Shown one piece after another: positions 59,183 to 64,000 of a stretch of DNA of 64,000 nt. The DNA is taken from the IMG/VR virus record IMGVR_UViG_3300024261_000005, one strand, 5' to 3'. The notes under the pieces are model-generated. The model had not been told where the DNA came from, did no database searches, and saw nothing but the letters and a program-made list of their open reading frames with translations. The stretch is from a virus. A program made the position numbers and the translations under genes. Position 1 is the first letter of the stretch, and each line of letters opens with the position of its first letter.

Positions 59183-59584
59183 TTGACTATTAATCATAAA
59201 AAAAACTTACACCGCATATCAAAAATGAAGAGTCGACTTATTGAAACTCAAAAAAAAGAATTCACAAGACGAGAGTTCATGCGAACGACAGATACTTCTT
59301 CCTATTATTTTAATCAAGCACTGCACGCAGGGCTAATTATAGATACTGAAGAGGTCTTTCTCAACAGGGCCGGATCGCCAATCATTTATCGGTTAGCAGA
59401 TGCATTTTTAAGCTACGCAGAAACTAAACAAAGTTACTCCTTAGATAAGGAAGATCTTGATATGCTTCTTACCGCTAAGAGCACAAAAGTAGCAAAACTG
59501 AATGACTCTATCCGTACGATGGAGAATCAAGTGATCAAACTAAAAAAACAAAAAGCTCTCCTAGCAAACATTAAGTTGTCGTAA
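59183..59584 (+). CDS. Putative winged-helix + coiled-coil protein, paralogous C-terminus to the previous gene
   Basis: Shared ED...LL..KS...I...VIKL.KQK...NIK tail. Confidence 0.5.
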   Translation: MTINHKKNLHRISKMKSRLIETQKKEFTRREFMRTTDTSSYYFNQALHAGLIIDTEEVFLNRAGSPIIYRLADAFLSYAETKQSYSLDKEDLDMLLTAKSTKVAKLNDSIRTMENQVIKLKKQKALLANIKLS

Positions 59585-59742
59585 CATGGATTTTCATAAC
59601 ACTAGAATGGGTCAAAAATTCTTTTCACATGATGTCCCCGAGCTATTAGAGACACTGAAAAAGATAGCCGAGATCCTCGAAAACAATGAACCTCTAAAAC
59701 CAAAAAAAGAGTTCGACAACAGGCTCTTGGATAAAGATCCTA

Positions 59743-60276
59743 ATGAAGCAAAAATATAAACAACAACAAAATTTCTTATTAAAAGATGAAATTAAATATT
59801 TAAATTCTAAACTTCATCATATTCAATGGCGAGAAAAAAGTACTACAAGCTCCACATGGGTAAGTGGCGGTTTTGAAACCATAATAAATCCGCACCCAGA
59901 GTGGATACTTCCACTACTAGGACACATGCAGTCTTTATTCAAGATAGAGTTCAATTATGTACTGTATTCAAAGTACAGCTCACTAAATCACTCATCTGCA
60001 CCAAGCCAAAACAATGACTTTTACCTCGGAGAGTCTCCTGTGACTCCAATCTTGGGTGTTGGGAGTTCAATCCCGCTCGAAATTACAAGCAAGTACACAG
60101 ACGAGACAGAACGACTGGAACTTAAAGATAACGATTTATTCTTAATAAATCCCAAGCAACAAAACAAATGGCTGATTGCCATCCCTAAGGGCAACCTACT
60201 AGTGGAACCACACTATTCGCTTTCTTTTAGAAAGGTAATTCACTCCAGCGGAGATGAAGCATACTCCAACCTATAG
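59743..60276 (+). CDS. AlkB-like 2OG-Fe(II) dioxygenase fold, apparently lacking metal ligands
   Basis: FNYVL..KY, ILGVGS, L.DNDLFLI, QQNKW..AIPK, YSLSFR. Confidence 0.55.
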   Translation: MKQKYKQQQNFLLKDEIKYLNSKLHHIQWREKSTTSSTWVSGGFETIINPHPEWILPLLGHMQSLFKIEFNYVLYSKYSSLNHSSAPSQNNDFYLGESPVTPILGVGSSIPLEITSKYTDETERLELKDNDLFLINPKQQNKWLIAIPKGNLLVEPHYSLSFRKVIHSSGDEAYSNL

Positions 60277-60292
60277 GTAAGAAGAAAATATC

Positions 60293-60487
60293 ATGTCAAA
60301 GAAGTGCCCTGAAATTCAAATCAATTCAGTTCAAGATACCTACAAAGTAATATCAGAAGCAGACGAGGTTTTTTATTTCGAAGCCACCTCTGCTGACGAA
60401 GCTGAACTATTATACAATGAGGCATATCTCTTCCCAAAAGAGCCTCACACACACATTCACAAAATAATAAAACTAAAAGAGGCTTAA
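60293..60487 (+). CDS. Hypothetical protein
   Basis: Packed + strand ORF. Confidence 0.5.
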   Translation: MSKKCPEIQINSVQDTYKVISEADEVFYFEATSADEAELLYNEAYLFPKEPHTHIHKIIKLKEA

Positions 60488-60490
60488 TCT

Positions 60491-60790
60491 ATGAAAGATA
60501 TGCTGGAAAGAACAATTAGCCCCGGCGACTTCTTTCTCATCCCTGGAGGGAATGTGCGCTACGGAGGGTTAGTATTGGAAATTGGAATAGTATTAGCTTT
60601 AACAGAAAAAAGAATGAAAACTTTAATTACAAGATTTGATAAAATCAAACTCAAACCCACAACAAAGACCTCTACTAAAGTATTTAAAATTAGCCCTGCT
60701 GAAATTATCAAAGATCTAGATAACGTTTTAGTGCCCGCGATAATTGAATTGCAAGCTAAGTACAAAGAATACAGGCTCAGCACAATGTAG
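60491..60790 (+). CDS. Hypothetical SH3-like protein
   Basis: MKDML.RTI.PGD pattern; GAGG SD. Confidence 0.55.
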   Translation: MKDMLERTISPGDFFLIPGGNVRYGGLVLEIGIVLALTEKRMKTLITRFDKIKLKPTTKTSTKVFKISPAEIIKDLDNVLVPAIIELQAKYKEYRLSTM

Positions 60791-60828
60791 TGTCGCTTTT
60801 GCTTGTGTAAAAAAAAGAAAGGTTATAA

Positions 60829-61092
60829 ATGACAAAAACAGAAGCAATCATCCTGGTAGTCTTCCTCACTTCAATCACTTTCATGCTCTATAAAAAGAAT
60901 GAAAGCTACCACAACCAGAAAAAAGATTATTACGACTGCTACAATAAGGTCACGAAGCTAAGCCTAAGCCCCATGAATGCATATGATTATAGCATGATAG
61001 AAAAGACTACTATGATAGATCAGTTGCAATGTAAGAAATCAAAGTATACCGATCATTATGTTAAATTAATTAAGAAAGCATATAAAAGATGA
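60829..61092 (+). CDS. Membrane-anchored hypothetical protein
   Basis: N-terminal TM; SD. Confidence 0.55.
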   Translation: MTKTEAIILVVFLTSITFMLYKKNESYHNQKKDYYDCYNKVTKLSLSPMNAYDYSMIEKTTMIDQLQCKKSKYTDHYVKLIKKAYKR

Positions 61093-61370
61093 AAATCTAT
61101 AATTTTAACCCTCCAAATCCATTCATGAAAAAAACTTATCAAGTTGAAAAAACATCATCATCAACCAGCACTGTTCATGTTAAAAGCGCCTTTCTCGGCG
61201 CTTGGTCATTTCCGCTAAGTGAGATAGACCACAAGACACTATGCAATAAGATAAACAGGTATTGTAACGAATCTATAATGCTTCAAGATCTATTTTCCGA
61301 AATGTCTCCAAATCAACGAGAGAGTTTTTTAACGAAACCAACGATGCACGATGTCTTTGAAGAGGACTAA
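61089..61370 (+). CDS. Hypothetical protein
   Basis: ATGA overlap with the upstream gene. Confidence 0.55.
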   Translation: MKIYNFNPPNPFMKKTYQVEKTSSSTSTVHVKSAFLGAWSFPLSEIDHKTLCNKINRYCNESIMLQDLFSEMSPNQRESFLTKPTMHDVFEED

Positions 61371-61371
61371 A

Positions 61372-61704
61372 ATGAAAATTAAGAGAATATTATTAATATT
61401 TTCAATCGTTTTCTTTTCGCCTACACTCAGCGTTGAAGAGTTAAAAATCCACAGTAGTAGCAGTAGTTATGCCACTCCAAATAATTACGGTCTATCTGAA
61501 GAAGATATTGCTTATATTAAAGAAACCTTCAAGAAGAAACAATACAATGATATTTCGAAATTGCCCTCCGTTACTCCTCGACCTAAAGTTACGGAATTTT
61601 TTAAAATCTTAAGAGTACAAAATAGCGATAATTGGTTCTCCGCTTATCTACTTCTGCTGAAAATAGTCCCTGACCTATTTATAGAAAATGAGTTAGGATG
61701 CTGA
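61372..61704 (+). CDS. Secreted/membrane hypothetical protein
   Basis: GAGGAC SD before MKIKR; signal-like N-terminus. Confidence 0.5.
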   Translation: MKIKRILLIFSIVFFSPTLSVEELKIHSSSSSYATPNNYGLSEEDIAYIKETFKKKQYNDISKLPSVTPRPKVTEFFKILRVQNSDNWFSAYLLLLKIVPDLFIENELGC

Positions 61705-61718
61705 ATTAAGGCCTGCTA

Positions 61719-62858
61719 ATGCTTAAAATAAAATCTACTATATGCTTAAACATGATAGTGAAAAATGAAACAAAAACCTTACCGAGGTTATTTGAATCAT
61801 TAAAAAACATTATTGATACTTACGTAATCGTTGATACTGGAAGTACGGACGGTACGCAAGAATATATCACCAATTATATGGATGAACTGGGTGTGCCTGG
61901 CCAACTTTATGAACGGCCTTGGGTCAATTTTGGTGTCAATCGACAAATAGCATTAGACTTAGCTACAGGCACTGCAGACTATGCTTTAATCATAGATGCA
62001 GATGAAGAACTTATCGTTAAAAATTTTGAATTCTTTAAAAATCTAAATTTAGACAAGTATAGCCTTATAAAAGAATTGTCATCAATAGAAATTCAAATCC
62101 CTGCATTAGTTAGAATTTCAAACTCCAACGAGCAAGGGTGGGTCTGGAGTGGCGTTGTCCATGAATTCTTAACTTGTCCCCCAGGTGCCTCTTCGGAAAA
62201 TGTCCCTAAAGAAACCGCCTACATACATAGTCATTTGTTCGAGGGCTGTAGATCGCAAAACGTTACAGTAAGAGAGAAGTATTTAAAAGACGCAAAATTG
62301 CTTGAAGCGGAATTAATGCGAAATCCAAGCGACACAAGATCGATTTTTTATCTTGCTCAAAGCTATAGGGATGCAAATGAGCCTGACAAGGCAATTGAAA
62401 ATTATTTAAAACGAGCTGAAGCAGGAGGCTGGACCGAAGAAGTGTTCTATTCCTACTACCAATTAGGGCTGTTGACACTTCATGTAAAAAACGATGTTAA
62501 AAAAGCAGAAGGATACTTTCTAGATGCAGCTAAGGCAAATCCACGACGCTATGCAGAAGTGGCCTACCCTCTTGTAAAGCATTACAGAGCGATAGAGGAC
62601 CACTCGAGTGCAGTATTCTGGGGCTGGTCTGCGCTACCGTCAATGAAACTCCAAGAGGAGCAACTATCTGGCAGCTGGCTGTTCTGTCAGAAAGATGTTT
62701 ATGACTGGAGGCTAAAAGATGAACTATCTCTAGCCTTGTATTATTTTAATGCAAAGCCAATTTCTGAAAAGCTTATGAAAGAACTATTAACCGAAGTTCC
62801 TCCTGAACAAAAACAAAGGATCATAAACAACCTTTACTTCTTTAAAGAAGTAAAGTAA
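61719..62858 (+). CDS. GT2 glycosyltransferase with TPR repeats
   Basis: ICLNMIVKNE, VDTGSTDGT, IDADE, GVVHE; TPR FYLAQSYRD. Confidence 0.9.
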   Translation: MLKIKSTICLNMIVKNETKTLPRLFESLKNIIDTYVIVDTGSTDGTQEYITNYMDELGVPGQLYERPWVNFGVNRQIALDLATGTADYALIIDADEELIVKNFEFFKNLNLDKYSLIKELSSIEIQIPALVRISNSNEQGWVWSGVVHEFLTCPPGASSENVPKETAYIHSHLFEGCRSQNVTVREKYLKDAKLLEAELMRNPSDTRSIFYLAQSYRDANEPDKAIENYLKRAEAGGWTEEVFYSYYQLGLLTLHVKNDVKKAEGYFLDAAKANPRRYAEVAYPLVKHYRAIEDHSSAVFWGWSALPSMKLQEEQLSGSWLFCQKDVYDWRLKDELSLALYYFNAKPISEKLMKELLTEVPPEQKQRIINNLYFFKEVK

Positions 62859-62873
62859 CAATATTCTTCTTAC

Positions 62874-62921
62874 GGATTATAAGGCAATTTTTAAGCTGAG
62901 GTTCAATTCCTCAGCAATCCA
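62874..62921 (+). ncRNA. Mini tRNA-like element or tRNA remnant (acceptor + T arm only)
   Basis: GGATT.../...AATCC-A; CTGAGG-TTCAATT-CCTCAG. Confidence 0.45.
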
Positions 62922-63076
62922 GTTTTGGGCTGTTCTGTTCTGTTTATCTCCTTTCCTGAACAGTATCGCGGGTTGGTTACCCCTTGACGTGCGACAAGCC
63001 AATAAATCGCACACCTATCTTTTGAACTAAGGACAATATAATAAATGTATTGTTATTACGATTATTTTAGCCAATT

Positions 63077-63367
63077 ATGTCTCTGTTTAGAGCTGTATTC
63101 ACATCATTCTTAACCAAGATAAAGCGTTTAAGGAAATCCAGTATGTTAAAAATGTTATTACTTGGGGCTTTGTTAGCCCCCAGCAAACCTATAGACAAAT
63201 GCAAAAAATACCACAATAAATTCATGACCGCGCTGCACAAAAGCTTAGAGCTTGAGTGCGAAAGACACCCTGAAAAATATTACACCGTTTGTGTAAAGGT
63301 GGTAAAGCAACTCAAAGAGTATAACGAATTAAGGTCTAAGTATTGTTACGAAGATTTAACAAAATGA
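63077..63367 (+). CDS. Hypothetical Cys-containing protein (start may be 63143)
   Basis: AAGGA SD before MLKMLL. Confidence 0.5.
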   Translation: MSLFRAVFTSFLTKIKRLRKSSMLKMLLLGALLAPSKPIDKCKKYHNKFMTALHKSLELECERHPEKYYTVCVKVVKQLKEYNELRSKYCYEDLTK

Positions 63368-63558
63368 GTACGCCAAAAAAGCAAAAATATAAACTTGTAA
63401 CTGCATCTACCGCAAAGGCGTTAGAGGAAAAAGTAACTGCTCTGCTTGAAGAGCAGTGGCAGCTTTCTGGAAATGCACAGCTAGAAATGGCTGATAGCGC
63501 AGGTGCATTTAATTATATGATCAAGGAATATTTACAAGCTATGGTTAAGACATTTTGA
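63364..63558 (+). CDS. DUF1737-like small protein
   Basis: YKLVTA...LEEKVTALLEEQWQLSG...YLQAMVK. Confidence 0.55.
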   Translation: MSTPKKQKYKLVTASTAKALEEKVTALLEEQWQLSGNAQLEMADSAGAFNYMIKEYLQAMVKTF

Positions 63559-63655
63559 ATATCTTCCCCCTTCCAATAAGCAATATAGAATCAGTAATAT
63601 CCCTAATTATACTAATTCTCTTAGCTTACTATTTCTACATACAAAAGGAAGACAA

Positions 63656-63859
63656 ATGAAAAGAAACTTTTTTGATCGGCTCGGCCATTTTAAATGGTCG
63701 ATACACAATCTCATAGCACACCCTCTAATGGAACTCCTACATCTCATAGGACTCCCTACCTGGGGTTACAGATTGCATGACTTTACTATACCCGAACCAG
63801 CTCACTCCCTAGAACATGAGCATGAAATTGACTTTAATGAAGGACATTCTGAAAGATGA
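63656..63859 (+). CDS. Hypothetical His-rich protein
   Basis: AAGGA SD; WSIHNLIAHPL. Confidence 0.6.
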   Translation: MKRNFFDRLGHFKWSIHNLIAHPLMELLHLIGLPTWGYRLHDFTIPEPAHSLEHEHEIDFNEGHSER

Positions 63860-64000
63860 CTCCTGACTATGAACATGGAGATCTATTAATCCGTCGCGTT
63901 CGAAACGGCTGGCTTGTAGCTGCTGGCGATGGAGACAAAGTCGAAATATATGTATATGAAGATGAAGAGAATCCAAATTGGATTGCTGAATCGTTATACA

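Overview
This window is part of a large myovirus-like (jumbo-type) phage genome with two divergent arms. The minus-strand arm (1-33.8 kb) is the virion morphogenesis operon. It carries four tail-tube paralogues, a tail sheath, neck/head-completion proteins, major capsid, a capsid-associated protein, prohead protease/scaffold, portal, a flagellinolysin-like zinc peptidase, large and putative small terminase, Gly/Ala-rich probable ejected proteins and a 1394-aa DEDDh-exonuclease + thermonuclease fusion. The plus-strand arm (33.9-64 kb) starts with a ParB-like gene and two glycosyltransferases. A compositionally distinct block follows: a lipoprotein 'polyprotein' with repeated Cys-TM-signal-peptide modules and a 2175-aa single-chain two-barrel (YonO/QDE-1-type, GDxDGD) RNA polymerase with an HhH insert. 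Downstream lie about 2 kb of hairpin-dense non-coding sequence (candidate giant ncRNA containing a hammerhead-like fold), an 11-bp tandem array, several tRNA-scaffolded RNAs with large structured inserts or missing arms, two normal tRNAs and many small hypothetical genes. The best candidate for a new system is this polymerase + giant ncRNA + tRNA-mimic locus (about 36.3-53.6 kb). All calls are by eye from motifs and base-pairing; no searches or folding were run.
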